A stretch of DNA of 64,000 nt from Nitrosopumilus sp. (GCA_965205675.1 OZ242186.1:1888001-1952000); one strand, 5' to 3'. Positions 27,782-38,169 are shown, numbered from the stretch's first letter. Notes: a model not told the origin generated them from the letters alone. Numbers and translations: made by a program.

Positions 27782-28636
27782 TCATTTTATAAGATCAAGT
27801 AAGGCTTTTGCTTGTTTGAAATGTACTTCATCTATCATTTTTCCATCTACAGTAGTAGCTCCTTTACCTTTCTTTGTTGATTCAAGATAGATTTTACATA
27901 CTTTCTCAGCCCAAGATATTTCGTTTTTATTTGGATAGAATGATTTGTGAACTATAGGTATTTGATCTGGGTGTATAATGCTTTTACCATTATATCCTAA
28001 ACTTTTGCCTAATTTACAGTCTTTTTCTAATCCTTCAGAATCTTTGATATCTTGCCAAATAGCATCAATTACTGCAACTCCGGCTGCATGTGCATCTACA
28101 GATATTTTTCTTCTAGAATATCTTTCACTCTCAGAGTCTTTCACATATTCAACACCCAAATCATTTAGTAAATCAAAAACACCAAAAACTACTGCAGAAA
28201 CTCGTTTTCCAAAAGATGCAATTTCATATGTCTTTACAACACCCTCTGCAGATTCAATTGAAGGAATAATTTGTATGGGTTTTAGTTTTCGAGTTTTTTC
28301 AAGATTAGATAGTATTTTTTCAATTTTTTTCATTTCCTTGATATTGTTAACTTTGGGAATCACAATTCCATCAATACCTTTTTGAATAATTTCTTTAAGA
28401 TCAGACAGAATTTTTCCGGAATTTGGAGAATTTGTTCTGACAAAAATTGGAGATTTGTAAGATTTTCTAGACTTTAATACAGATTTGATTAATTTTCGTG
28501 CATTAACTTTTTCATCATCTGGAACAGAATCTTCTAAATCAAAGCAAATAATGTCAGCATCAAGGATTTTCGCTTTTTCTAAGAATCTGGAATTATTGCC
28601 AGGAACAAAGATCAGACTACGAAAAAGCTGAGTCAT
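27782..28636 (-). CDS. CitE-like CoA-ester lyase (HpcH/HpaI family)
   Basis: RSLIFVPG, DLEDSV, VR.N, IPKV, IES..G, G..GK..IHP.Q, G.MID..H. Confidence 0.9.
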   Translation of the reverse strand: MTQLFRSLIFVPGNNSRFLEKAKILDADIICFDLEDSVPDDEKVNARKLIKSVLKSRKSYKSPIFVRTNSPNSGKILSDLKEIIQKGIDGIVIPKVNNIKEMKKIEKILSNLEKTRKLKPIQIIPSIESAEGVVKTYEIASFGKRVSAVVFGVFDLLNDLGVEYVKDSESERYSRRKISVDAHAAGVAVIDAIWQDIKDSEGLEKDCKLGKSLGYNGKSIIHPDQIPIVHKSFYPNKNEISWAEKVCKIYLESTKKGKGATTVDGKMIDEVHFKQAKALLDLIK

Positions 28637-28643
28637 TAAATGA

Positions 28644-29723
28644 CTAAACGCCCTCTGGCTTCATTAAGATTTTTCCAAACATTCCTTTTCCGGTTAACAT
28701 CTTTGTATGAGCCTCAGCTGCTTGCTCAAAGGTATAAGTTGAGTCAATTGCTGCTTTAATTTTCCCTTGACCCATCCAGTAAAGAGCTTGATCAAGTTCA
28801 GCTTTAGTTCCTTGAGTTGAACCTAAGATGTTAGTTCCTTTAAAGAATACATGTCTAAGATCAGTCTTTGCATTATATCCAGTGGTTGCACCACATGAAA
28901 CTAGTGTTGCACCATACTTTAACAACTGTAATTGTTGATTCCAGTGAGTTTCACCAATATGATCAAATGATAAATCAATTCCTGGTGCTTCACCTTTTCT
29001 CTTTGCAATTTCTTTTGAAATCTTAAAGACTTCTTTACTCCAATCGTCTTTTCTGTGATCTACTGCAAAGTCTGCTCCAAGTTCCAAACATTTGTCTAGT
29101 TTGTCTGGGCTTGCAGTTGCAATAACATCACAGTTGTATAATTTTGCGATTTGAATTCCAAAGCTTCCAACTCCAGAACCTCCACCCATAATTAGAACAG
29201 TTTGTCCGGGTGTAATCTTGGCCCTACCTACTAACATATGCCATGAAGTAAGAATAGTCATTGATGCTGCTGCCGCATCATCATACGATACATCTTCAGG
29301 AATTTTTGAGATATTAACTTCAGGAAGGTGAGTTATTTCTTGGAATGCTCCCCAAGTTGGACCAGTTTGGAATCCCCAAATGGTTCTCTTGATACAATCA
29401 AATTCTCTACCATCAGTACACGCTTTACAAACTCTACATGACATATTAGAGTGAGAGACTACTCTATCTCCAACTTTGATATTTTTAACATCATCACCAA
29501 CTGCGATAACATCACCAGCAGCATCAGAACCTGATACGTGTGGTAATGGAACTGCGACTGGAACACCACGCATTCCCCAAATATCATTATAGTTAAGGGC
29601 TGCAGCCTTTACTGAAAAGACTACCTCATCTGGTTTTGGTTTTGGGTCATCTATATCCTGGACTTTGAGGATTTTAGCATAATTATCATCTGGTGCATAT
29701 TCATTGTATACTACGGCTTTCAT
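28644..29723 (-). CDS. MDR-family NAD(P)H oxidoreductase (candidate acryloyl-CoA reductase)
   Basis: ALNYND.W...G, GSDAAG in place of GHE, structural Zn CRVCKAC...C, GGGSGVG. Confidence 0.82.
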   Translation of the reverse strand: MKAVVYNEYAPDDNYAKILKVQDIDDPKPKPDEVVFSVKAAALNYNDIWGMRGVPVAVPLPHVSGSDAAGDVIAVGDDVKNIKVGDRVVSHSNMSCRVCKACTDGREFDCIKRTIWGFQTGPTWGAFQEITHLPEVNISKIPEDVSYDDAAAASMTILTSWHMLVGRAKITPGQTVLIMGGGSGVGSFGIQIAKLYNCDVIATASPDKLDKCLELGADFAVDHRKDDWSKEVFKISKEIAKRKGEAPGIDLSFDHIGETHWNQQLQLLKYGATLVSCGATTGYNAKTDLRHVFFKGTNILGSTQGTKAELDQALYWMGQGKIKAAIDSTYTFEQAAEAHTKMLTGKGMFGKILMKPEGV

Positions 29724-29764
29724 AATTTATTAGGAATTTTTCCCATAATTATATTTTATCTGAA

Positions 29765-30046
29765 TCAGACTCGATTTATCTTAAAATCACGTTTGGGTTG
29801 CTGTGCAGAGAGTAAAATTTGTTTTAATTGATCGTCATTAATTTGACCAGGGATTTTACCCTGTGTGGCCATGCCGATCAAATATCGTTCAACCATATCA
29901 GAGAGTTCAGGTTTCACCATTTTGATATTATTTAGTCTCATTCTAGCTTCAGAGGTTAAAATTTGTTTGAGTATCTGTTCTTTTTGTGCAGTTAGTTCAT
30001 GATTAGTATTATCAGCAGATGGTTCATTAGATTCTGGAAAACTCAT
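29765..30046 (-). CDS. PDCD5-like dsDNA-binding protein
   Basis: IL.QILT.EAR.RL.NI.MVKPE, I.D.QLK.IL. Confidence 0.9.
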   Translation of the reverse strand: MSFPESNEPSADNTNHELTAQKEQILKQILTSEARMRLNNIKMVKPELSDMVERYLIGMATQGKIPGQINDDQLKQILLSAQQPKRDFKINRV

Positions 30047-30053
30047 TTTGAAT

Positions 30054-30506
30054 CTAAGAATATACTTTCAATTGAGGATTTTCAACAATTAGTTCTTTAA
30101 GAATTTCTGTAGATAATCTATCTAATTTTTGCATCCCCTGTTTAGAAATTATACGTCCTTTCTTCTCAACTTTTTCTACATAACCAAGTTTTTCTAATCC
30201 GCGAATTGCATTACGGATAATTGCACCACCAGCATCTTTATGATGTGCAGCTCCATATCCAGACGGTTTACCACCACCATAATCATTTCTTAAAGCATTA
30301 ATTCCAATTGGACCATTAAGGTAAATTTTTCTCATAATTGAAGCACATCTTGTATACCACCATTCTCTATCTTGAGGAGGTTTATCTGCATGAGCACCAG
30401 TTTTTACAAATGGAATCCATGAAGGTGCAGGAATATCTTCACTTTTTAGTGATGAAGATAGTCTTTCTATCAAAAGAATCGCAGGTACATCATAGACTTT
30501 TGCCAT
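30054..30506 (-). CDS. rps19e: 30S ribosomal protein S19e
   Basis: VYDVP, W..FVKTG, WWY.R.AS..RK.Y, GG.IIR....LE..G. Confidence 0.95.
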   Translation of the reverse strand: MAKVYDVPAILLIERLSSSLKSEDIPAPSWIPFVKTGAHADKPPQDREWWYTRCASIMRKIYLNGPIGINALRNDYGGGKPSGYGAAHHKDAGGAIIRNAIRGLEKLGYVEKVEKKGRIISKQGMQKLDRLSTEILKELIVENPQLKVYS

Positions 30507-30889
30507 AAAGTCAAAAACTTGATAATCGTCTTATAAATCATTGAGATATTATGTCTGATTTAGCTTAGCATAATTCAACATGAAATTATGAATTAAGATG
30601 AAATTATTCCCAAAAATTCATGGCTGTAAAATCAAAATAATCATCTGTCTTTCAATTACTCACATTCTTGTTCAGTTTTGCGATCCTTGAGTTTACTGAC
30701 ATAATTTTTTAATTAATTATTGAAATCAGTATATGTCAGATTAGTTCACGTTTTGGTAAAACATAGTCATATTTTTTGAGATTTTCTCTTACTGATTTCA
30801 TATTTTTCAGGGATTACAAAACTTGAATAATGTAAAAACACGATTATGAATACTGAAAGTTAAGAATGAAGAAGTGGACGTATCATTAA

Positions 30890-33067
30890 TCAATTAGATT
30901 TTTTGTTACAGAGTACCAAATCAGGAAGAGCAGTAAGCCAAGTTTGTCGAGTTTTATCAACATCAAGTTCTACAAGAGATTTTGAATTAAAAATAAATTG
31001 GATTTTTTTATCGCAAAACTGTCCAATTTCTTTGAATGAAACATTATTCTTTTTGAGAATTTCTTTTATCTTTGAGAGATTGCCCTTATCAAAGGCAAGT
31101 AAATAACGAGAATGACTTTCAGAAAATAAAACTCTGTCAACATCAAGTTTGTCACCAGGAATTTCATCTAAATATACGTTACAACCAATTTGATTAATTA
31201 TGCAAAGTTCGGAAATTGCAATTGCCAAACCGCCTTTAGAGCAATCATGTACGGATTTAACAAGATGGTTATCAATTATATCTAAAACAGAAGTCATGTT
31301 TTTCTTTGAATCATTAAAATTAACTGCAGGGCATTTACCTCCAATGAATTTGTGAATATACTCAAAGTATTCAGAACCACCCATTTCATTTTTAGTATCA
31401 CCAATAATGATTAAACAATCACCTTGAGAGATTTTTTGTGGAACAGATGGTTTTTGATCAGCTAATCCAATAACTCCAATCACAGGAGTAGGTTTGATTG
31501 GACCTGTAGAAGTCTCATTGTATAAACTGACTTTTCCACCAACACATGAAATTTCAAAATATTTGGCAAAATCGGTCAAGCCTTTCAAAGACTCTAAAAA
31601 TGTCCAAAAGATTTCAGGATCTTTAGGATTTCCAAATTGAAGATGATCAAGCATCCCAATCGGTTTTGCTCCAGTACAAACAACGTTTCTACATGCTTCC
31701 TCAAAGCAGCCAATTGCACCTTCCCTAGGATTAATGTAGCAGTGTTTTGGATTTCCATCAATTTTAGCAGAAAGATATTTTCCATTATCTAATCGTAAAA
31801 CAGATGCGTCAGATCCTGGTTTTACTACAGTTCTAATTCCAACCTCATAGTCATATTGACCATAAACCCAAATCTTACTTGCAATGTTTGGGGATACAAG
31901 CAACCTTATCAGAACGTCAGAATGATTATTGACAGGATCAAACTCTTTTTCAGTTTCAATAGTTTGCAGATATGCTGGCTCTTTTGAAGGCAAGTCAAGT
32001 AAGGTTGCATTGGCCACCACGTCAGTTGGTAAATTAGCAAATGTTTTCCCACCTTGTTTGACATGCATTTGATTGTCAAATTTTACAAAACCAATTACAG
32101 AACAACTGATACGGAATTTTTTACATATTTCATTTAGTTTTTTTAATTTTTCTTGACTAGTAACAATTAACATTCTTTCTTGAGATTCAGATACCATAAT
32201 CTCATCAGGATGCATGTCAGATTCACGTGTGTGAACTTTGTCAACATCCATCTCTATTCCAATTTCTAAAGCGTCAGCAGTTTCAGAAATTGCACAAGAC
32301 AAACCACCACCACCAAGATCTTTCATAGCATGAATCAGACCTTCATTTCGAGCCTCTAAAACAGCCTCAATGATTAATTTTTCAATAAATGGGTCAGGAA
32401 TTTGAACTGCAGAACGGTCTTCAGATTCTAAAGAGTCAGATGCAAATTGTGAACCACCAATCCCATCTCTACCCGTAAAACCTCCCATTAATACAACAAT
32501 GTCATCTTTCTTTGCATGGTTTTTGATTAGATTTTCTTTCTTGCCAAAACCTAATGCAGCTACATCAACTAGAGCATAATTTTCATAGCATTCATCAAAT
32601 TCAACTTCACCACCAATGGTTGGAATGCCAAGACAGTTTCCATAATCTGCAATACCTGTAACTGCATTTTTGAAAAGCCATCTTGCTTGTAAATCTTTTT
32701 CAATATTCCCAAATCGTAATCCATTAAAGATTGCAATAGGTCTAGTTCCAGCAGATAAAATATCTCTAATTACTCCACCAACTCCAGTTGCAGCTCCACC
32801 ATAAGGTTCTACGGCAGAAGGATGATTGTGACTTTCAATATGAGCGGTTACCACATATCCATCTCCAACATCTAAAACTCCAGAATCATATCCTTTCTCG
32901 TTAATTACAAATGGACCATCCATTGGCAACATTTTGAGATGTTTTTTCGATGATTTGTAAGAACAATGCTCAGACCATTCAGCAGCTACAATTTGTAATT
33001 CAGTAGATGTGGGATCTCTGCCAAGTTTGGATTTTAATTCATCTAGTTCTTGTTCCTCAAGACTCAT
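30890..33067 (-). CDS. purL: Phosphoribosylformylglycinamidine synthase subunit PurL
   Basis: WSEHCSYKSS, ESHNHPS, GAATGVGG, DLGGGG, SESQERM, GGKVSLYNE. Confidence 0.96.
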   Translation of the reverse strand: MSLEEQELDELKSKLGRDPTSTELQIVAAEWSEHCSYKSSKKHLKMLPMDGPFVINEKGYDSGVLDVGDGYVVTAHIESHNHPSAVEPYGGAATGVGGVIRDILSAGTRPIAIFNGLRFGNIEKDLQARWLFKNAVTGIADYGNCLGIPTIGGEVEFDECYENYALVDVAALGFGKKENLIKNHAKKDDIVVLMGGFTGRDGIGGSQFASDSLESEDRSAVQIPDPFIEKLIIEAVLEARNEGLIHAMKDLGGGGLSCAISETADALEIGIEMDVDKVHTRESDMHPDEIMVSESQERMLIVTSQEKLKKLNEICKKFRISCSVIGFVKFDNQMHVKQGGKTFANLPTDVVANATLLDLPSKEPAYLQTIETEKEFDPVNNHSDVLIRLLVSPNIASKIWVYGQYDYEVGIRTVVKPGSDASVLRLDNGKYLSAKIDGNPKHCYINPREGAIGCFEEACRNVVCTGAKPIGMLDHLQFGNPKDPEIFWTFLESLKGLTDFAKYFEISCVGGKVSLYNETSTGPIKPTPVIGVIGLADQKPSVPQKISQGDCLIIIGDTKNEMGGSEYFEYIHKFIGGKCPAVNFNDSKKNMTSVLDIIDNHLVKSVHDCSKGGLAIAISELCIINQIGCNVYLDEIPGDKLDVDRVLFSESHSRYLLAFDKGNLSKIKEILKKNNVSFKEIGQFCDKKIQFIFNSKSLVELDVDKTRQTWLTALPDLVLCNKKSN

Positions 33068-33744
33068 TTTTCAATATCCATTTTACTTAAGAGTGATTCA
33101 AAGATAAGAGAAGAAGGTTTGTTATCTATGGGATTAATATCAGATTCAACTGCACGTTCAGGATGAGGCATCATTCCTACAATATTTCCATCTTCATTAC
33201 ATACACCTGCAATTTGATTTGAAGAACCATTTACAACTTGACTGTATCTGAAAACAATTTGATTTTTCTTTTTTAATTCGTTCATAGTTTCATCATCAAC
33301 ATAGTATCTACCCTCACCGTTTGCTATAGGAATAGGAATCTCTTCATGTAGTTTGAATTGATTTGTAAACGGAGTCTCATTATTTTCCACAACTAAATTA
33401 GTCCATTTACACATAAAATTAAGAGATTCATTTTTGAGTAATGCTCCAGGCAAAAGTGCAGATTCTACAAGAATTTGAAATCCATTACATACACCCAAAA
33501 CAGGAATTCCTTTCTTAGATATTTTTTGGATGTCTGAAATAACTGGACTATGAGCAGCTATAGCACCTGCTCTTAATCTATCACCATAAGTAAAACCTCC
33601 AGGAAGAATTATAGCATCAATATTCTCAGGCAATCCTTTTTCATGCCAATAATACTGTACATCAAGATGGAATACATCTTTCAATACATGATACATATCC
33701 CGATCACAATTACTGCCAGGAAAAACTACAACGCCGACTTTCAT
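33064..33744 (-). CDS. purQ: FGAM synthase glutaminase subunit PurQ
   Basis: FPGSNCD, PGGFTYGD, GVCNGFQ, MMPHPER. Confidence 0.96.
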   Translation of the reverse strand: MKVGVVVFPGSNCDRDMYHVLKDVFHLDVQYYWHEKGLPENIDAIILPGGFTYGDRLRAGAIAAHSPVISDIQKISKKGIPVLGVCNGFQILVESALLPGALLKNESLNFMCKWTNLVVENNETPFTNQFKLHEEIPIPIANGEGRYYVDDETMNELKKKNQIVFRYSQVVNGSSNQIAGVCNEDGNIVGMMPHPERAVESDINPIDNKPSSLIFESLLSKMDIEK

Positions 33745-33822
33745 AATGATATAATCAATCAGATATATTTAATTTGAATCTAGTTAGAGTAAATTCTTAT
33801 GTAAAGAAATGACGTGATCGCC

Positions 33823-34180
33823 ATGACTCAAATCAGAGACACAGCAAAATGTCATTATGATGACTATATGTGAATAAGAAAGCAAGGAATTCAGATAGCA
33901 TAAAAAATGAATTTAACAGTTCCAAGGTTCGTAAATACTCTTCTCCAAAAAAGATTACAAACAAACAGTTAGGATCATAGCAAAACTGCACTTGATGCAT
34001 CAATCATTCTAAAAGAAAAAAAGATCAGCTTTCTTGTAATAATCAAAGAATGATCATCAGACATTGATTGTAGTTGAAAATGAAAAACTAGTGAGCGTAA
34101 TAACTCAGATCAATTTAACAGGAGTTCTAAGAAACAAACTATGGATTAATGTTACAATGGATAACATAAAATCAAACTAA
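33823..34180 (+). pseudogene. CBS-domain protein pseudogene
   Basis: MTQIRD... / HSKTALDASIILKEKKISFLVIIKE* / LIVVENEKLVSVITQINLTGVL; CBS motifs broken by stops, a deletion and an apparent insert. Confidence 0.7.
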
Positions 34181-34437
34181 CTTTCAAAAACATCTATAGT
34201 TACAACACTGACCATAGGATTGTAAATTCTCAAATCATCACAAATTTCTTGAACTTTAGATTTTGCAGTTTCTTTGTTTTGTTCATCAATAGTAAATTTT
34301 AGCATTTGTGCGGTTTTAATTTTTGAAACTGTTTTATGAGTTCCTTTAAGAACAAGATCATTTAGAATTGTTTCCCCTTCCGGATCACTAATGCCAGGTT
34401 TGTTTTCAATAGTCACATAAACATGAAATATTGTCAT
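34177..34437 (-). CDS. purS: FGAM synthase subunit PurS
   Basis: V.IENKPGISDPEGETI, NP.V; ATG at 34437. Confidence 0.92.
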   Translation of the reverse strand: MTIFHVYVTIENKPGISDPEGETILNDLVLKGTHKTVSKIKTAQMLKFTIDEQNKETAKSKVQEICDDLRIYNPMVSVVTIDVFES

Positions 34438-34519
34438 AAGTAATTTCAAAAATAAAAACGTGGTTAATCTATCTTCCGAATAATTTTATGCTTTTATAGT
34501 TATTTTTAGATAACAATTA

Positions 34520-35309
34520 GATTTCCGGTTCTGAGGACTTGTGTTGTTAAAATATCACCGACTCAGTCCCGATTATTTTGAATTCATATTTTCTTTTACA
34601 AATTCAATATATTTTTGATAAGACCAGATTGATAATTTGGATTTTTTACAATTGAAAATGACGATCATTAATTATTCATCGCCAAAACATAAGCAAATAA
34701 TAATAAGAAAATATCTACATTCCTATTATTATATTTCCATTTATCAATATACACAATGTTTCTTTTTTTTATTTTTCTAATCGTATTTTTTAGAAGAGTT
34801 TTAGCTTTGACATTGTTTACAATCTCAACATGAACTTTATCATTTTTTTTCTAGTATTTCCAAATACAATGATTTTGTTTTTAATCCCTCTGCCACGATT
34901 TTCCTTTCTTACATCTCCAAGATATTTCTCAACCTCAATTTTCTATTTTAGTTTCTTGTCTGATTCTACAAGATGATGCAGCGTGGTATACATAATGCAA
35001 TCAAAAATATTCGGTGCAGTTGGATAACTGACATTGGATTTTCTATCTACACGTCTTGCACTTTTCTAAAATTAGATAGTTTGGCTAGAGCCAACCATTT
35101 TGTAAAATCAGTATTGATGATATACAAACCATGCTCCAGTAAATAGTCTATAATCTATCTTGCAATCCTTACATCCTATTTTTCCTCTTGAGATGATATA
35201 GTAATTTTCAGTTTTAGATGTAGTAGGTGTTTGTTTGCAGTCTTGGCTTTCTTGGAGGCTTCTTAACACGAATACAAGTACCGTCTAGTTTCCTAGACGA
35301 TTTTGGCAT
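34520..35309 (-). pseudogene. Degenerate IS1595-family transposase
   Basis: Across frames: GCKDCKIDY..FTG (Zn ribbon), VSYPTA (HTH), KLK*KIEVEKYLGDVRKENRGRGIKNKIIVFG / KVHVEIVNNVKAKTLL / VYIDKW; matches the EVDE.Y.GG...GRG...K..VFG pattern; boundaries approximate. Confidence 0.78.
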
Positions 35310-35398
35310 ACATTGTTATAGTCATTATAAAAAGTGACACAAAATCACCAGTTACATAGAGATGGAATTTATATCAGAATAATTTACAATCTTTCATA

Positions 35399-35866
35399 AT
35401 GGCAAAAGGTAGGATGAGATACTGGAAACTTACATCAGAAGAATTAGGAGAATATGCATATGATGAAAACAGATTACTTAATTGGGAAATAAAATGTGTC
35501 AGAGAACCAGAAGACGAGGCCCATTTTATTGGTCTTTTCATGTATAGAAATGGAACAGCATATGACTATGAATCAGTTAAAGGGATTTGCTATTTTCACA
35601 ATAATATAGACAGAAAAGAATTGCCAGAAATTACAAAATTCCTTCAAGGAAAATACAACGGTAAGGAAATGGAAAAAGGAGACAGAATACTTTTAAAAGA
35701 TTCAAAAGAAATCTACTCAGCAGTGGATATTGCAAATTTAGCAAAAGAGATGGAATCTAAATTCAACACCAAAGCCATCATATCACTAGAATTTGAAAAA
35801 TACACTGTGGAAGAACTTAAAGAAACAGGAATGCCAGAAGCAAAGTTACTCCCAATTCCCACATAA
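35399..35866 (+). CDS. Hypothetical protein
   Basis: 155-aa ORF with host-like composition upstream of tatC. Confidence 0.75.
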   Translation: MAKGRMRYWKLTSEELGEYAYDENRLLNWEIKCVREPEDEAHFIGLFMYRNGTAYDYESVKGICYFHNNIDRKELPEITKFLQGKYNGKEMEKGDRILLKDSKEIYSAVDIANLAKEMESKFNTKAIISLEFEKYTVEELKETGMPEAKLLPIPT

Positions 35867-35895
35867 TTGATATAGTTTAGAAACAAAGATAACAA

Positions 35896-36687
35896 ATGTC
35901 CGAATTGGATGGTATCAATAAACATTTTGAAGAACTAAAAAAACGTCTAATTCGAATTGTCATAGTGATTGGTGGAATTGGCGCATTTTTGCTAATGTTT
36001 CATGCAGAGCCATTTCAAATTAGTCAATTTACTTTGTATTATCCTATACCAGAACCGACACACAACATAGCAGCACAGATTACAAATCATATGAGAATTA
36101 ATCTAGTTCCAGAAGGAGTACAATTAATTCAAACTGCACCAGGACAAGCATTTTTTGCTCAAATGTATGTTGCAACATTAGTTGGAATTGTCGTAGGAAT
36201 GCCTGTAATCATTAAAGAGCTAGTAGGATTCATCAAACCAGCACTAAAAGAAAATGAAATCAATGTAAGTAGAAGTATTTCATTACCAGCATTAGGATTA
36301 TTTATTGTGGGATGTGTATTTTCATATAATTTTGTAATTCCATACATGTTGGAATTTTTGTACAAATATGGAGAAAGTGCAGGACTAATTACTTTTCTAA
36401 ATGTAATGGAATTTGTAACATTTGTGTTACAATTTTTGTTAGCATTTGGTTTTTCGTTTCAGCTTCCTCTTGTAATGTATGCAATATCTGCATCAGATAT
36501 GGTTGATGTCAAGTTTTGGAGAAAAAATATCAGATACGCAATTGTGATCATAGTAATATTTGGGGCAATAATTACCCCAGATGGAACAGGAGTAACAATG
36601 GTGTTTGTTGCAGGTCCAATGATTGCACTATATGCCACAGGCATGATTATTATCGAGCGTAAAGGCAAAAAGAAGTTGAACACTTAA
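35896..36687 (+). CDS. tatC: Twin-arginine translocase TatC
   Basis: HFEELKKRL, FI.PAL..NE, FG..FQLP, A.ITPD; six TM segments. Confidence 0.93.
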   Translation: MSELDGINKHFEELKKRLIRIVIVIGGIGAFLLMFHAEPFQISQFTLYYPIPEPTHNIAAQITNHMRINLVPEGVQLIQTAPGQAFFAQMYVATLVGIVVGMPVIIKELVGFIKPALKENEINVSRSISLPALGLFIVGCVFSYNFVIPYMLEFLYKYGESAGLITFLNVMEFVTFVLQFLLAFGFSFQLPLVMYAISASDMVDVKFWRKNIRYAIVIIVIFGAIITPDGTGVTMVFVAGPMIALYATGMIIIERKGKKKLNT

Positions 36688-36713
36688 ATCTGAAATCAGC
36701 GATATTTTGTAAT

Positions 36714-36893
36714 ATGCTAGGAAGTACAGAAATCATCGTATTAGTTGTAGTTATAGGCGTATTGATTTTTGGTGCAAAAAAGATTCCAGAATTGGCAAAA
36801 ACATTTGGTAAAGCCAAAGGAGAATTTGAGAAAGGAAAAATTGAGGCAGACAAAGAACTCAAAGATTTCAAAGAAGAATCAAAATCAGATTAA
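36714..36893 (+). CDS. tatA: Twin-arginine translocase TatA (59 aa; not in ORF track)
   Basis: MLGSTEIIVLVVVIGVLIFGAKKIPELAKTFGKAKGEFEKG...; FG.KK.P motif directly after tatC. Confidence 0.93.
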   Translation: MLGSTEIIVLVVVIGVLIFGAKKIPELAKTFGKAKGEFEKGKIEADKELKDFKEESKSD

Positions 36894-37318
36894 TTTTCAG
36901 CAATTTTTACAAAAGTATCTAGCACTTTATTGTAATCATCTTTGAAATTATTTCTTCCAAACATAGTAGAGATTTTTAATTTGCCCTTTAATTTCAGAGT
37001 CACATCAACGAGGACTTTGGTGGCATTTTTTAATTCAATGAATTCTTGCTTGATATGACTTCCTTTGGCATCTCCACCAATTACAAAAATCTCATGTAAT
37101 ACAGGATTGTTTAAAATATGTTTTGCCATAATTAAAAATTCTTTTTCTCCAAGAATCAGATGTTCTTCAACTATAGCTACGTTATCACGCACAGAACGAA
37201 TACGAATAGATGGGAAATATTGAGGGGCTAGTTGTGGATAATTTTTAAAATTTGAAAAAATTTCAAAGACAACGTTTCTATTTGCATGAACAATCTTTTC
37301 AAAAGCAAACTGAGACAA
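36890..37318 (-). CDS. SRPBCC/START (polyketide cyclase-like) protein
   Basis: V.ANR..VF....NF..YP...P.YF N-terminal pattern with a C-terminal helix. Confidence 0.75.
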   Translation of the reverse strand: MSQFAFEKIVHANRNVVFEIFSNFKNYPQLAPQYFPSIRIRSVRDNVAIVEEHLILGEKEFLIMAKHILNNPVLHEIFVIGGDAKGSHIKQEFIELKNATKVLVDVTLKLKGKLKISTMFGRNNFKDDYNKVLDTFVKIAEN

Positions 37319-37325
37319 CAGTAGT

Positions 37326-37886
37326 TTAGGAAGTACCCCATCGAGGGTATAAATTGTGCTCTATATCAAATTGATCCAAACATTTTCCAACACCATGATT
37401 TATGATATCATCGATAGATTTGGGTTTGGTGTAAAACTCAGTGACCGGAGGTAAAATCACAATACCCAATCTCGCTAATTTTAACATGTTCTCCAAATGA
37501 ATTGCAGAAAGAGGCGCTTCTCTAACCATTAATACCAATTTTCTAGATTCTTTGATTGTAACGCCAGCGGCTCTTGCCACTAATGTATCATCATAGCCAT
37601 TTGCAATTGCAGCCAATGTTTTCATACTGCAAGGAGCAACAATCATTCCATCAATTCTATGAGTGCCACTAGATACACTAGAGGCCATATTAGTTTCATT
37701 AGAAGTATAAGTTGCAAAAGATTTTACATATTCAAGAGTATACTCAGTTTCCATTGAAATACATTTTTGGCCCCATTCAGAAATAATTAAATGAGTTTCA
37801 ACGTTTAATTTTTTTAGAGTTTCAAGCATGCGAACTCCATAAATTGCCCCAGTACTGCCAGTGATTCCAATTACAAGTTTCAACAA
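37326..37886 (-). CDS. ubiX: Flavin prenyltransferase UbiX
   Basis: GITGSTGA.YG, SSG, APCSMKTLA, RAA.V..KE.R.L, REAPL. Confidence 0.95.
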   Translation of the reverse strand: MLKLVIGITGSTGAIYGVRMLETLKKLNVETHLIISEWGQKCISMETEYTLEYVKSFATYTSNETNMASSVSSGTHRIDGMIVAPCSMKTLAAIANGYDDTLVARAAGVTIKESRKLVLMVREAPLSAIHLENMLKLARLGIVILPPVTEFYTKPKSIDDIINHGVGKCLDQFDIEHNLYPRWGTS

Positions 37887-37941
37887 ATAATGATTAGAAG
37901 ATACTGTATTTTATGTATTAGACAGATAAGGTAAATTGGCA

Positions 37942-38076
37942 CTAGAGATTCAGGGAATTCTTATCATCTAATTCTTGATTTGTCTTTCTTCGTTTAAACC
38001 ACATGAAAATACCTGCAGCTAGCATCACTGGTAAAAGTAAAAGGCCAAGAAGTTGAAGCTCAAAGTTGTATAACAT
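37942..38076 (-). CDS. Small single-TM protein (44 aa; not in ORF track)
   Basis: MLYNFELQLLGLLLLPVMLAAGIFMWFKRRKTNQELDDKNSLNL*; TM helix followed by a basic stop-transfer segment. Confidence 0.5.
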   Translation of the reverse strand: MLYNFELQLLGLLLLPVMLAAGIFMWFKRRKTNQELDDKNSLNL

Positions 38077-38169
38077 AACAGATATCAAATGAGATTGGAG
38101 AAATCTATTGATAAACCGATCTGAATAATCAAAAATTAGCTATATTAGATCCCAATATCTAGGCACAAT

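Noticed and set aside
30545-30885. Long gap between rps19e and purL
   Set aside because: Probably a decayed gene, but no identifiable motif, RNA structure or repeat was seen
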